Below, piece by piece: positions 30,006 through 45,193 of a stretch of DNA of 64,000 nucleotides. The stretch comes from the human T2T-CHM13v2.0 reference genome, Homo sapiens, in NCBI RefSeq assembly GCF_009914755.1, contig NC_060933.1. One strand, written 5' to 3'. Position numbers and translations under genes: made by a program. Within the stretch, counting starts at the first letter, position 1; the number at the start of each line of letters is the position of its first letter. A model generated the notes under the pieces. That model did not search any database and was not told the DNA's origin. It worked only from the letters and a program-made list of their open reading frames with translations.

Positions 30006-33000
30006 GGCCACTTAACTTTATGCTCATTTTAATCTGCAACGTTACGTTGTCTCTGGTCTCTAAATACTTTAGGGAAACTGAGGTAGGTCAATAAGCCCTT
30101 AGAACAAATTTTAGACAACCTAGACAAATATACCATGGACAACTGAAAAACTAAAACAGAATCACCCCTGACATTTTGTTTTGTTACATAGTATAATGAC
30201 TATTCTTATATTATTCTATTATTCTACAGGGAGCCTACTCTAGTCATTCGTTCATTGTTTGTTTTTAATCTGAATGATTCCCAGTAATTAAAGTTTCTAT
30301 CAGTTACAGAATTCTCCATAGTGAGATAGAACAGCTGACATCAGATCTCTTATGCTTTAAGCAAAAACTAACACTCATTAACAAGATTACCTATTGTGAT
30401 TAAATAAATACAAACTGTTTGCAAAGTTTGTAAATGAGTACAACAGCACAAAAGTAAGACTTACCACTCTACACAAACCTTATTTTCTTAACTCTTCAAG
30501 CCCATGGAACAGACAAGGCAGTCCCTCATTTTTCACAGCTTCCCATTTCCCCAGTGCATTGCCTAATAAACACCTATACTTCATCTCTGCTGCTTTAGCT
30601 TACTCAGTTGTATCTGCTAATAATGCCTAAGCATGCGGAACAAAACAGCAGTACATGAAAGAAAGCCTATGTCCTCCGCTTTACAGTGCTCGGCACCACA
30701 CAATAGAGTTTCTCATAATGCACTGGGCCATAAAAGTTGTGCATATTGTGAAATCTCAAGATGGCTATCTTTTCGTAATTAATGTTTTGTGGAAAACATC
30801 AATAACATTTACAAAAAGCTCTTAAATCTTTAGTAAAGGCTGCAATTAATTTATGAAGCCATGAAAAGTCTACAAAGGGTAATCAGTGATAATACTACGG
30901 AAGGGGAGTTTCATCTGGCCTTAAACTGCAAAGTTCATGTCTAATTTGACTAGTAAGAGTCAGACCACATTCTCTTTATCAAACTTGGAAGGGATCTTAA
31001 GGTAGTCCAGTCCAATGCCTATTCCTCCCCCAACCCCCTTCCAGGATAAAAATCCCATGTAAGACCCTGACCAGTGCTTATAAGGCCTATTCTGCCATCT
31101 CAATTTATTTAAGAAAAATTCTCCTTCAAATATTCAAGTTTCAATTTGGCAGTTAATTTCAGTCTGCAGTTAAAAGGCACTAGCTGTCAGTCAGATCTCT
31201 CACCCAGTTCCCTCCTGAAAAGAAAAACTGACAGATCACAGGAGCTTTCTTTTGTAAACCAATTCTGGAACTTTCATGCTTCTTATTTGTTAGGTTAAAG
31301 GTTAAATTGCTGACCTGTGCCCTCCTGCTTAGCGGCCTTCCCCTTTTTCTGTAAAGCTTTATTTTGGGGCTGTATTTACATGGATTAGTCCCTTTTCACG
31401 CTAAGAAGGAATCTGTTCACAGCCAAAGCCTTAGTTCTGGTTGTACAAAAAGCAGCCACAATTATTCACCACCAGACAATGACCATATTGTGGATTTACA
31501 AAAAACCCACCCCAGCCATGGAAAGATCTGTTCTTGCTGCACAAAACAATAGAAGAAAAATCTTATCAAGCATTCAAGAGAAAGCAAACAAAGCAAGCCC
31601 ACTGTGAACTTGATGAAGATGTCAAGCTCCTTTAAAAAATATATATATAAATCAACAAAGAGGGGTTTTCTTGTAAAGTCTTGGGAGTGAGACTTTTTCT
31701 ACTCTGAGTTTCCCTTTCTGGTTAAACACAGTTAGGAGCAGCAAGACATTGACAGCCAAGACCAGCAAATGCTGCCATTTTCTAAGCACACTTACAGACA
31801 CTTTTTTTAAATGCACAACACAAAGAGGCTTTCCTTTCCAAATATGCCCAGTGCAAATGCCAGGCAAATCATTTTAAGCTAGTACCATACTACACAGGCT
31901 CTTTCAGCAAAAGCAAAATTCTTGTCCCAACCGCTAAGGAATGAACATAAGCTACTTCCAAGCTCTAACGTACTAATTCCTAATAAAAAAAAATTTTTTT
32001 TTAATTCTTAAAGGCCATTGGGTTTAATTAAACACTAGCTCCAACAAGAGTTCTTCATCTGACACCCATAAAGTATATTATATACATTCCATTTCTTTGG
32101 GATGGGTTTCAATGATGGTCCCTAGTCACATAAATAAACTTTTAGCAGGAACATTTTATGTTTGTAAGGTGAGGATCTCACAGCTGCTACAAAAGCAAAA
32201 TCCAGTCCTGAGTCCGGAACACAGCTGTCTAACAAGATATGAGAGCAAATACAAAGAATTTCTCCCACCAAGTCTTTAGGTAGATGGTTTCTATTTTCTT
32301 TGAGCTAACATGACCTAAATCCTCCATCAGAAGAATGTTCTTCAAGTAAAATTAAAAAGTAAAACATAGAAGCAAGTATTAAAAGAACCTAAAGATCCAT
32401 AAATGTGGCTTTTTAAAAAGTAGTGGTGCTTTCATTCACCACAGAGCAAAACACTAACACAAGTTTACACATTTTTGATCTCAGAAAATGGCTCACTTTA
32501 AGGTTTCTTATAGATTTTGGACTTAGAAAAAAACATTTCCATCTGTAACATAGTTTATCTTTGGCACAGTCAGCCTCTCTCTGTTCCTCTACCTTCCTTC
32601 CCATCCACCACCCCTCACCCCCGAAAAAAGGCAGTACCAAAGATTTGGCCACAGAAGTCCACAAATAAGAGAGTAGTATTAACTGGTCTTATTTTAAAGG
32701 AGCTGATTTATATGTATAACAATCAGGAGCTAGTTGATCAAACTATAAAACTCTGATGCAGCCATGAAAAACTGATGAAAATGTTTGTGGTCAACATTAA
32801 GATCTTGCTTTCTCTCATTTAAACTGTACCTCAACTGCAAATACATCAAATGGGAATCTTCAAAACTTGAAAATAGGATTGTGATGGAGGTGCTTATATT
32901 TTATCTCTTTTTCAAACTTTCTGTAGTATTTGGTCTTTTTTATAGCATTTTTAGCATGGTAATAAGTGCGATGACAATGAGACAATTCTGGCCAATGGCC

Positions 33001-34024
33001 CTACTTAGAGAACTTTGACAACTACAGAAAATATTTCCATGCATAACCAAGGCACCGTGTCCAGTTTGCTTACTTTGAATTACGAAATGTATGATCCCCA
33101 GGAAAATTAGGATGGCACTATGAGGACCAGAACACAAAGTAGGAAGTACTTAAACTCCTCACCAACTTCTAGAAGGAATGAGATTAGGGCACAAGCTACA
33201 CTCAGAGTTGATTCAAATGTAAATGCTCTGCTTCCTCTCAAACAATGATAAACTCCCTCAGAGTTAATAGTTTCTCCCTAAGAGATTCATCTCTCTTTTC
33301 AACTTAAAGGTATGTTTTGGAGAAAAGGAAGAAACACATGGTGGGGCTTAGAGCAAAACCTTTTAAATTCTTTGTCATAAAAGCTGCAGAGTAAACTACA
33401 TTTCCTTTACTAATCCTTCGAACACTTGTTAAACTCGAGTGTGCTGACAAATTTGCCACTGCAATCACATTTTGGTTTCTAACAAGTTAAAAAAAAAAAA
33501 AACAACTTTGGTTGTACTAAATTGTATTACCATCTTCCTTGAACACCAAGTGAGAATTTATGCTGCCTTCGCAAACTGTTGAAAGAGGCACTCCCTAGGG
33601 AGAAATAACTTTTGGCACATTGCATAGCAAAGCTAAAGTTACAAAAGCAGGCTAAAATATCTCTTTCACCACACATATATTTTTCTCTCTCTCCCCAAAG
33701 CTTAAACATGCTATGTCCTCTATAGGAAGCTGAGTATGGGCACAAGAACTATATCCGAAGATCCTGACTTTAGGTTCATAGTCTGGAAAAGTTTTAAATT
33801 AAATATATGAGATTTTTTTTTTAAAGGACTGTTTCCATGTCATTGAAAATATATTAACAAAACTCCATATTGCTTCACTCAAAAAAAAAAAACACACAGA
33901 AAATCATTATCGAGAGTTTCAAAGACTCTATAGTCCTCTACACTATGAAAAATAATATAGCTGTCCTTTTGTGCCAAGAAGCTAAAAGAGTGGAAAACAA
34001 TGATTTGATGTGACAGAAGAAAGA

Positions 34025-34230
34025 AAACTAACCAGGCACTGTTAATTATTTTATGATTAGTATTTTATTTAATCCTCATGGCAATTCTAAAAGATAAGCA
34101 TTATCCAAGTTTTATTTGCAAATGAGAAAATTCAACCAAAAAAAGATGAATAATTTCCCCAAGGTCAGATCACTATTAGTTGCAGAGCCATAATTAAAAC
34201 CCAAGTCCAAAGCTCTTCCTGCTGTATACA
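34025..34230 (-). mobile_element. MIR
   Basis: atttaatcctcatggcaa...cccaaggtcagat. Confidence 0.7.
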
Positions 34231-34734
34231 CACACTGCTTCTGCTAGAGGAGAGGGTGGGGAAACAGCTTTTAGTGACACAAATTCCCATGATTCCAGAC
34301 CACAGGGCAGTTTCCCAGGGGTGGCAGAAAAAGCCTAAAATGTAAAAAGTACAGGCTGACGCCGAGGCCCGGGGTAAATGCCTCATTGTACTGTGGGAAG
34401 TCTGATGGACACTTGGTAAATGGGGAGGAAAAGGCATTCCTCGCCCAGGGAGACGAATGTGAGAGCGCCTTCCTTTAAACTTTTCGTCCTAAGCACGTCT
34501 GCTCATAGAAAAGGCAGAATAACATCTTCCAGAAAAATCGCGGGAGAGAAAACTGCAGCAGAACTCCTGCCGCTAATATAAATGCCCTCCCCCTAGACCT
34601 ACCCATGAATTTCCATTAAAAAAACAATACAGCAAATGGAGTAGCCATTCAACCTACTGGAAATGAGATATTTATCAACAATAAAACTGTGGAGATGAAT
34701 CAAAATATCTAGGTTCTCTGCAATCAGTTGGAAT

Positions 34735-34870
34735 TGTGTCAACTCATTTATTGGTCCAACAAATACACACTGAGTGCCTACTACATTCCAGTCACTGTTC
34801 TAGGTGCTGGGGACACATCAGTGAACCAAGTAAATGATCCTTGCCCTCTTGGAGCTGATATTCTTAGACT
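34735..34870 (-). mobile_element. L2 3' end
   Basis: caacaaatacacactgagtgcctactacattccagtcactgttctaggtgctgggga. Confidence 0.75.
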
Positions 34871-35519
34871 GAGCATGACTGTACAGGGTCCCTACATACT
34901 AATCAGAACCTGAGTCATATTTTTGATTAATAAAAAGAAAATTAAATATCCCTCCATAGCTTTGCAGATGCTCTTCCTTCTGCTGGAATGTCCTCACCCA
35001 TCCCCAGCACCTTTCGCATTTATAATAAATATTGCTGAATAAACTGTGTAATTAAAAAAAAGCTTTCAAAACAAGAAGTGAAAAATGTAGCAGTGGTCAG
35101 CTCTAAATCTAAATCTCAACTTCAATTGGGTCTAGACCTGAGCTTTGATCCTGCAGCAGGCCCCACGAAGCCTAAATAAAACCCAAGTCAACTCAATTTC
35201 CATTCAGCAAAAACAAGAGAAATTAGGTCAGCTTGTTCCAGGGTCCACCCCAGGGATTAAGAACTTTTTTAAAGCCTAAACTGGACTTGCTGGGGCTGTT
35301 AGAGGTAAGAAAGAAACCTAAAGCAGCATTCCCAAGGCCCTGGGCCTGGAACTGCCTTAGGACTGGTCCCAGGGCCCCTCCACCATGTGTGCAGAATGAG
35401 AAGGCTCAGAATGAGGAGGACAGGATCAGGGGATGTCCCCCCAGGGCAGACTCCTGATGATCCTCAATTTCCAGTTTGAAGGATCAAAACAAATTTCATG
35501 TTTTTCTTCATGATAGTTC

Positions 35520-35770
35520 AAACTGAGAGAAACTCTGTGCCATGCCCTGTGCTTAATTCTTTAAATACTGTGTTTCTGAATCCTCAAATGTGATGATAAT
35601 ATGAGATATTATCATCATCCCCATTTATCCCCATTTTACAGCATAGGGAACTAAAACAAGGAAGGAAATTAAGTAATTTGCCCAAAATTACACAGGGATA
35701 TGTCCTAAGTAGGGGAGCCAGAATTTTGACCCACATGACCTGACTCTAGAAACCATCCTCTAAACCAAAT
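35520..35770 (-). mobile_element. MIR
   Basis: tatccccattttacag...aagtaatttgcccaaa...tgactctaga. Confidence 0.75.
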
Positions 35771-36584
35771 TTCTCTAACTATATTTTGGGGGCATTTTGG
35801 GGGGATGTATTTCCGTTAACCAAAATACTAGAAAGAGGAAATGAATGTTCCACTTAGCACTTAGCTGATTTTCTACTTCCTGGACGGCCATGATGAAAAT
35901 ATTTTTCATTTTGGTCTGTGTATAAAATCTTTCCCAAATACTTTTGTCACTTTTCCTTTCATGGTAAGCACAACCTAACAAACCAATGGAAAATGTGCTT
36001 TATGTTCAAGAAGTCAATTCTATCATTCTGAGTATCAGGATCATTACTGCGAGGACAGAAAACTGGGCTAAATACACACAAACTTTAGACCATATTCCAG
36101 AAATGGGTTGTTTTAATACATTTCTAATCCTAGCTTATTTTCTCAGCATCTGGCTCTTTCTCACAAGTAGACAGTTTAAATAAAAACTCTGGTAGCTGAG
36201 GATTGATCACTGGGTTCTTGTTAAACTGTGACACATAAGTGGAAGAAAAAAATATATAGGTTGAATTATTCATGTGCCCAAAGTGTGTTTTTCTGGGAAC
36301 AACTCAGAATTAATTCTACATTTTCTGAAAAAGAAAATTAGTCAGTTCAGGCAGTGTTCTTTTTATCAAGTTGTCATATCTTTCATATAGTAATAATGAC
36401 TATCATTCTAATATTTGAATCCCTTCAAAAAGGAATTTACATAAATTCTATCACAAAAATTTCATTTCTTAATGATAGCACAATTTCCGGAAGTTGTGTT
36501 GTTTGATTTTGGTTTGGAGTTTAGGGTTTTTATGTTTTTAATTTAAGGGTGACGTTAAATTACATCACCACAAGAATGCTGGTT

Positions 36585-36795
36585 TGTACCACTTCCTGTG
36601 CTGAGCATTTTAGTACATATTATCTCTAATTTACAAAACAACCTGCCAAGTAGATAGAAGTCCCACTTAAACAATGGGCAAACCAGAATTTAGTTTAAAT
36701 AGCTTTCCCAAAGTCAAACAATTAATGAGTGGCAAAAGAAATCTGAACCTAAGTCTGTTTGATTTCAAAGTCTACAGACTGGCCATTATACTGTT
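36585..36795 (-). mobile_element. MIR
   Basis: tgaacctaagtctgtttgatttcaaag. Confidence 0.6.
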
Positions 36796-37474
36796 TTTAT
36801 TACAAATTATTCAAAGATAATTAAGGACATTGTTATAATCTAGACAGCAATTTATCTGCATCTATCTTCTCCTCAAATAAGGCTTCGTGATAGCAGAAAA
36901 TTCTAATGTCTAAGAACATATTAAAGGTAAGAAAACTGTCTTTAAATTGAGCAACTTATTAAAGTCTTCTGCTGGGCAAAGCAAGCTCACAGTGATATCT
37001 TCAGTAAAGCTTTCTTTTTCTAAAGAAAGCCTTTGAGCGGACTGCATGTTTTCAATGTAACATAAAGAAGGAAATGCAAAATGTGTTGTGAAATAATACC
37101 AACAGAAGTTCAAAAGCTAGAATGTAACTTCCTAAAGGTTTTTTTAAAAAAAGTCTTCTAAGCATTTAAAACATGAGGTCTAGTTCCTGTTTTATAGGGT
37201 GAACGTTCCACTCTCTACAGAGTCTAGCACAGTCTAAAGTGAACACTCAAAGAATAGGTGATTAATGATTTAGAAGTGTGATAATAAGACCTCGGGCATG
37301 TAGACTCCTGGGGAAATCAGTCTTACATGGCAGTTTTCAAGAAACCTGAAGATCGGTATTTTTAAGCATTAAAACTTGATTTAAATCATTTTAGTTATAA
37401 ATGTTTCCAAGCTTCATTATTATCTCACTGCTTTTTTGGAAAGAATATTTTGAATCAAACATTTTCTTGATGGC

Positions 37475-38051
37475 TGCAGTAGACATCTGTTTTGGCGGCC
37501 CAGCATCCGTTCTCCCTTCCTCCAGTAATAGCACCAGATTTTCCTCTGAGGAACCACCCTGCCCCATTCTCAGGCTATAGGATCCAGGTGGTCCTGAACA
37601 GCTCCCCCAGTTCTCCCCCTGCTCCCCCAACACACTCCCTTATCCTCCAATCAACAACTCAAAAGTCATGGTTATTGGTTCATGAATGGGTACGTGATCC
37701 AAACAGGGCCTACTAGAGTCAGCCTTGGGACTATGGCTCAAGATACTGTAAGACACTCTTTTTCTATTTGGGTGTTAAACTGATGGAACATAAGCTTGGA
37801 TTTATTCATAACCATCTTTGCCACTTTATAGGGAGCACCTGCCCAGAAATGAACCCAACACAGAAGACAGAGAATCAAGAGATAGGGAAAATTTCTGAAA
37901 ATATGAGTAGAAAACCTAGATTCAGCAAAACCTAAAGCCAGTTTTACCACTGGACTTCTCAGTGTTAAGAGCCAGTAAATTCCCTTTGTTGTTCAAGTCG
38001 GATTTCACTGGGTTTCTGTCACTTCCAGTGAAAAGGATCCTGACTGATGCA
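37475..38051 (+). mobile_element. MaLR solo LTR (MLT1K/J-like)
   Basis: TG...CA ends; tgcagtagacatctgtttt...gagccagtaaattccctttg...gggtttctgtcactt...cctgactgatgca. Confidence 0.8.
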
Positions 38052-38769
38052 ATGATTGATGTCATTGACACGATCAGTAACTGCTGAGCAATATTGCACA
38101 GAGAAATCTTCCCGGCATACTGAAGCACTCAGGGCATAAGCTGAGGGCTTTTCTGTGATTAAAGAACTTAAGTTTTAATGGATAGACTCTGAGAAATCTA
38201 CTTTGTCTAGTTACTTTTACTTTCTGTTTTTCAGTTATGTCAATTTGATAACAGTTGCTGAGTAGCAGAGTTCCACACAGATATAAACTCTTGCTTTAAA
38301 CAAAAGTAAGTTAAAATAACAGCTCCCATTTATAAAGAACTTTCCATGTCCCATGCATGGTGCACTCCCATTTAATCTTTCAACTAAAACAGGTACTATT
38401 AGTGCCCCATTTTAGAGTTGAGAAAATGAGGCTCTGAGATTGGCATGTGGAGGGAATTTTAAAAATTCAACAAACTCACTGCTCAAAAGGATTTCAAAGT
38501 TTAGTAAATCAATGAATTCCCGGTCCACCATAGAAGGCCTGAGGCCTAATACTGTGAACCACTAACACAGCAAGAAGAACCACAGTGTCATGAATAAAGC
38601 AAAAATTCTAAGGCTCCCCTATATCATAATTTATACCCAGATGGCCCCTAAATTGCGCACTTTAGGAAAAAGAAGAAATCTGGGATCTGCTTCAAATAAC
38701 TAAGCATTAAGAAAAGAAAATATATGGCTCACTTTGTTACTTCCTAAGAACAGCAATTCAAACTCATTC

Positions 38770-39030
38770 TATATAACCAATTTAGAGCATCACCATAGTA
38801 TATAAAAAGCACAAGCTTCAAGCAGGGATATACAATTAACGTAAAATTCAAAATGTGATCTCAGTAGAGAAAGGCAAATTGAGAGAGGCATAAATGGAGT
38901 ACTCAAAGATACAAAATGTTCTGTTTTCTAAGTTGAGTGGTGGATATGTGCATTTTCATTTATTCTTTAAACTGTATACATACATATGCATTATATAATT
39001 TGTGTGATAGCTTTCATAAATTTCTTTAAA
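38770..39030 (+). mobile_element. L1ME-type 3' end fragment
   Basis: aatgttctgttttctaagttgagtggtggatatgtgcattttcattt. Confidence 0.6.
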
Positions 39031-39602
39031 GAATACAGTCACACTAGAATTCAAATCCCAACTCTGTCACTCTGTTCTTTGGACAAGTTGCTTCCTAGCT
39101 CTAAGATTTAATCATTAAATACTTGAGGGCCTAATGTATGCCAGGCACTCTTCTAGCTACCAAAGCATACAAGTGCAAGCAAGACATAATCTCTGCGCTC
39201 ATGGAGCCCTCTTTTTCTTACCTATATAATTAGAATAATATTTCTTACTTCATTAGGTGGTGGGCAAGAATTTTATTATAATGAGCTCTCATTAGGCTCA
39301 CCTCCAGTTTAAAGAAATAATCATTATTACAGCAATCTTGAGAAAAAGAGACAAAGCATATTACAAGCTCATAGTGATATCTTGAGTAAAGCTTTCTTTT
39401 TCTAAACAAGTCAGCTATCCCTGACTTTAAAATCAGTTGAAAAAAGCACAGTTAGATGAATTTCCACATCTCTATCCCAAACAAGACTTTTTCTAACTAG
39501 CATGTCAAGTACTCAGAGCCAGGAAAATTTACAAAAATGTTTTTAACAATCCATGTCTTTTGAGTGAGTGGCAATTTGTCCCAACTATAGTATCAAGAAT
39601 CA

Positions 39603-40127
<525 letters not shown>

Positions 40128-40161
40128 CTAACCACTGCACATACAGGTAATATTAATCAGC

Positions 40162-40625
<464 letters not shown>

Positions 40626-40978
40626 TCACCAGCTATTTTTTCATGGTTCTACGACTTTGTGGTTGTCCAACCTGGGCAAGTAAACCTCTTTGAGTCTCAG
40701 TTTCCTCAAACATAAGAGCCATCTTTAGAGAATTGTTCGAGCTTTAAGAAAGTAATATTAAGAAAAGTGCCTGGGGCATAATAAGGACTCAAGGAAAGTT
40801 AGCTATTCTATTGCCATTCTTCAAGCTTGCTGTCATTCACTGTCATTATTACTGAAAAAAAATAAGATGAATTTAATTAATATCTCTCTAGAACATTTTA
40901 ATCTGGAATAAAATTTGACTCTCAAAAGAGCTCCCCCCGCCATACCACTTCTCAGGAGACAACAAGTTGTTTTTAATC

Positions 40979-41274
40979 TTATTATTATTATTGAGACAGG
41001 GTCTAGGTCTGTTGCCTGGGCTATAGTGCAGTGGCACAATCTTGGTTCACTGCAACATCTACCTCCTGGACTCAAGTGATCTCACACCTCAGCCTTCTGA
41101 GTAGCTAGGACCACAGGCATGCACCACCATACCCAGCTATGTTTTTGTATGTTTAGTAAAGACAGGGTTTCATCATGTTGCCCAGGCTGGTCTTAAACTC
41201 CTGAGCTCCAGCAATCCACCTGCCTCAGCCTCCCAAAGTGCTAGGATTACAGGCGTGAGACACTACACCCAGCC
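40979..41274 (-). mobile_element. AluJ
   Basis: Reverse diverged dimer with (TTA)n tail. Confidence 0.92.
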
Positions 41275-42139
41275 AGCATCATGTTTTTTAAATCAGCTTT
41301 TTAAAAATGTCTAATAATTTTGAGTATCCATTGTGATCACAGATATTCAGGTGAAGCTCCTAGACCACAATTTACAGTCCTGTAAAATGAAAGTTAAACT
41401 TCAGAATAACAAATCTGGCTCTCAATATTTTAAGTCAGCAAAAACTCAGTTTTCTTCATGATACTGCTAATATAGAAATGTGTATAGTTAGTTAAGAGAT
41501 TCTAAGCAAAGATTTTTTTTTATGTTGCTGCTTAACACCCACGTATCTGAGAAACTCAGCAACCAAAGCACCATGTCTTAGGCATGCCTTTCAGAGTTCC
41601 CCGACAGTTTCTCAACCTAACCACCCCATTCTTTTTAAAAAGTGGCCATTGGGCTAATGCACTGAAAATGCTGGGGGTTGGGGTAGGGGGATGTGGGGTA
41701 GACACAGGAGGAAGCTGGTCTGCCAAGCATTTCTGAAGAACCTGATGCTGCCAGTCTCCCAGTGCTAAGCATCTGCCCAAGAAGAGTGCCCGCTGCAGGC
41801 TAAGATGCCAGCTGTAATGAGACACTTGTGTTTGAAATGCATTCCAGAGTTTTTGTGTGGCCAGTGTCATCTGATCATGGGACCTTGCAGGCTGATCTCT
41901 CTTACAAGAGCACCCTCTTCCGAGACCTTTGGTCGCACAGACTGAATTCAGACTTCAGAGTTTTTGCAATTTGAGCTAACTGTCTTGATTTTCTGGGATC
42001 CCTATGTAAAGGTAGGTTCTTAAACCAATACACCAATTGGAGTCACAAAATGAAGTGTGGCAAAAAAAAATAAGCATACAAAAATTAAGAACAAAGTAGA
42101 TCAAAGATCTCCTCAAAATGATATGACTTTTTTTAAGCA

Positions 42140-42530
42140 TTTAAATTACATACATAAACTGACAAGCATTATACACAAAGATGTTCACTACATCATTTAT
42201 AACAAGAGAACTTTGGAAACAACCTGAAGATTCCGTTATAAGTAAATGTAGAACATAAACATGATGTAATAATTCATAGCAACTAAAATGATTTCTGCAA
42301 ATCAACATTAATAATTTTAGGGAAAGCTTAATGAATAATTGGAGAGAGTGAGGAAAACACATATAGCTGAGAGTTCAGAAAAAAAGTTTTTATATTTTAT
42401 TTACACACACATTCACACACACAAAAGAAGACAATAAGGAAGTAAATATACTGAAACATTAACAGTAGTTATTGAGTGATAATTTTTCTCTTGTTCATCA
42501 TTTTCCAAGAAGTTTAAAATTTTACATACT
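42140..42530 (+). mobile_element. L1ME-type 3' fragment
   Basis: acaaagatgttcactacatcatttataac...tggaaacaacctgaa. Confidence 0.6.
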
Positions 42531-43582
42531 CAAGAACTAATCAGAAAACAAGCTATTAAAAATTTAAAGACAAATGGAAAAAAACACACACACCAGGATA
42601 ATCTGTCAGTATGCACTAAATAACAAGAAAAATTTGAGTATATGTACTTTAATTTACAATGAAAATATAACATACCACAGTATAAGAAAAATTGTAAGAA
42701 TGAAACTCCCACAGAAGTTTATAGAACAAAATGTATACTAAATCCTCCAATTAAAGACCCATAAAGTAGTTTCAGTGCTTTCTAACCCACCTTCTCACAG
42801 CAGGGAATTAATCCCTCTAGGGGGATGCAAACAAACTTCAAAGGGAAGATTATGCCCAGACACTAGTACTGTACAGCGTAAGGTTTATATCTAAGTTTTT
42901 CAGATACTTTGGCACAGATCAGAGATGCAGATCCTAGGAACAAAGACTAATCTTAAAGCAGATTCTTTGTAATCATCTAAAATGGCAAAAATAATGCATT
43001 AAATATTAGAAAAAGGCAAACATAAGTTGTATTAAAAACAAATAAAGCTGTAGAAACCGACAAAGGTACCTGAAATCAAATATTAAGTGACAGTTTATTC
43101 ACTGGTAACTAGTAACTAGAAAATCTTATGAATTCCTAAAATATGGAGTTCAGCTTGTGTACTCAAATTTTATTTGTACAATCTTTGGAAAGTGTTCCAA
43201 TTCAGTGTTAGGGGTCTTAATGCAATTTCTAAGTAGAACTGACAGATCACATGCCCTTCCACAGATGTCATGAGATGCTCTTCAGAGCACAGAACACATG
43301 AGGGACAGTTTACAATACATGACTTCACTAGTGTAGACATTAAAAGCAATCAATGGAAAAAAGAACTGTCCTCAAAGTTTACCCTTTATCACCTCACATC
43401 TTTTTATCATTAGGTAATGTTTTAGGTATGGTTTGAAGTACCTGATCACTTTATAAAATGTTTTAAGTACAGACATAGCATATTGTAGTAAATAAGTTTT
43501 ATTTAGTTTCCCAATTTTTAAAAATCACCGATGAGGAATCAAATTTAGAGGTTAACTTTTCTGAATATTAATCATCCAATAG

Positions 43583-43931
<349 letters not shown>

Positions 43932-43957
43932 CTATCTATCCCTTAAAAGAAAATATT

Positions 43958-44110
43958 GGGCCTGGAGAGGTGGCTCACATCCATAATCCCAACACTTTGG
44001 AGTCTGAAGTGGGAGGATCGCTTGATCCAGGAGTTTGATATCAGCCTGGGCAACAAAGTAAGAGCCCATCTCTACATAAAATTTAAAAAGTAAAAAAAAA
44101 AAAAAAACGA
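43958..44110 (+). mobile_element. Alu left monomer (FLAM-like)
   Basis: Single arm plus A tail; TSD aaa(a/g)gaaa(a)tattgg. Confidence 0.88.
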
Positions 44111-44124
44111 AAAAAAGGAAATAT

Positions 44125-45192
44125 TGGAAAATATCTTTGTAGAGTAGGAAAATATTGATAAATTATACCATATTAAAACCAAGAAGTTTTGGTCAAAGAT
44201 ACAAAGACAAACCATAGAAGATATCTATAACACATATAACCAGATAATTAATATCTATAGTATATAAACAATTTCTTATAAACCAATGAGGAAAAGGTAG
44301 AAAACTCAATTTTAAAAATGAGCAAGTAGCCTGAATGAGTACTTTATAAAAGATATTCACGAGGCCAATAAGCCTATACCAGCTACTAAGGAGGCTAGTA
44401 CCATCTACTAAGGAGGCTAAGGTGGGAGGAACACTTGAGCCCAGGAGTTCGAGGCTGCAATGAACTATGATCACGCCACTGCACTTCAGCTGGGCAAAGG
44501 AGCAAGACTTTGTCTCTAACTAATAAACAAACAAATAAGTAAGAAGCCAGTAAGCATATAAGAAGGGGTTCAATCTCATTAGTCTTCAACAAAAAGCAAA
44601 TAAAAAACAACAAGGAGATACTACTATATAACCATCAGGTTGGCAAAAGTCAAATCTAACTGTACCAAGGGCTGATGAAGTTGTAGAGCAGTAAGTGTAG
44701 ACTACCAAACACTGCAGGTGGGAGTACAGACTGGCACAATCCATTTTGTAAAAGTATGGCATGATTCAGTAATCAAGTATGTTCTATATGGAAATGTATG
44801 TTTACATGTGCCAGGATTCATACGTAGGAAAGGTCACAGTAGCATGGCTTATAGTAGCCAAAAACTGCGAACAACTTCAAAGGTCAACAGTAGAATGGAT
44901 AACTAAATTCTGAAATAATTCTATAGTACACTACACAGCAATGAAAATCTATGACTGCAGTTACACACAACACGGAAGACCCTTTCAAACATAATTGAGC
45001 AAAAAAGCAGCAGAGCTACATACAGAATAATTCCATTTCTATAAAATTCAGAAGGCGGCACAATTCAATTATATTTTTTCAATGAGGTATACTTATGTAG
45101 CAAAACTATGAAGAAAAACAAAGAGATGATTATCATAAAAGTCAGGATAGTAGTTACCTCTGAAGGCAGGGAGGGAGGGGCCTCTGGGGTGC
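44125..45192 (+). mobile_element. L1ME-type ORF2 end/3'UTR (interrupted; resumes ~45825-45935)
   Basis: caatctcattagtc...gtcaacagtagaatggataa...aaagtcaggatagtagttacctct. Confidence 0.75.
44372..44542 (+). mobile_element. Alu right monomer (FRAM/AluJ-like)
   Basis: gggaggaacacttgagcccaggagttcgaggctgcaatga; degenerate TSD gaggccaataagc/gaagccagtaagc. Confidence 0.85.
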
Positions 45193-45193
45193 T

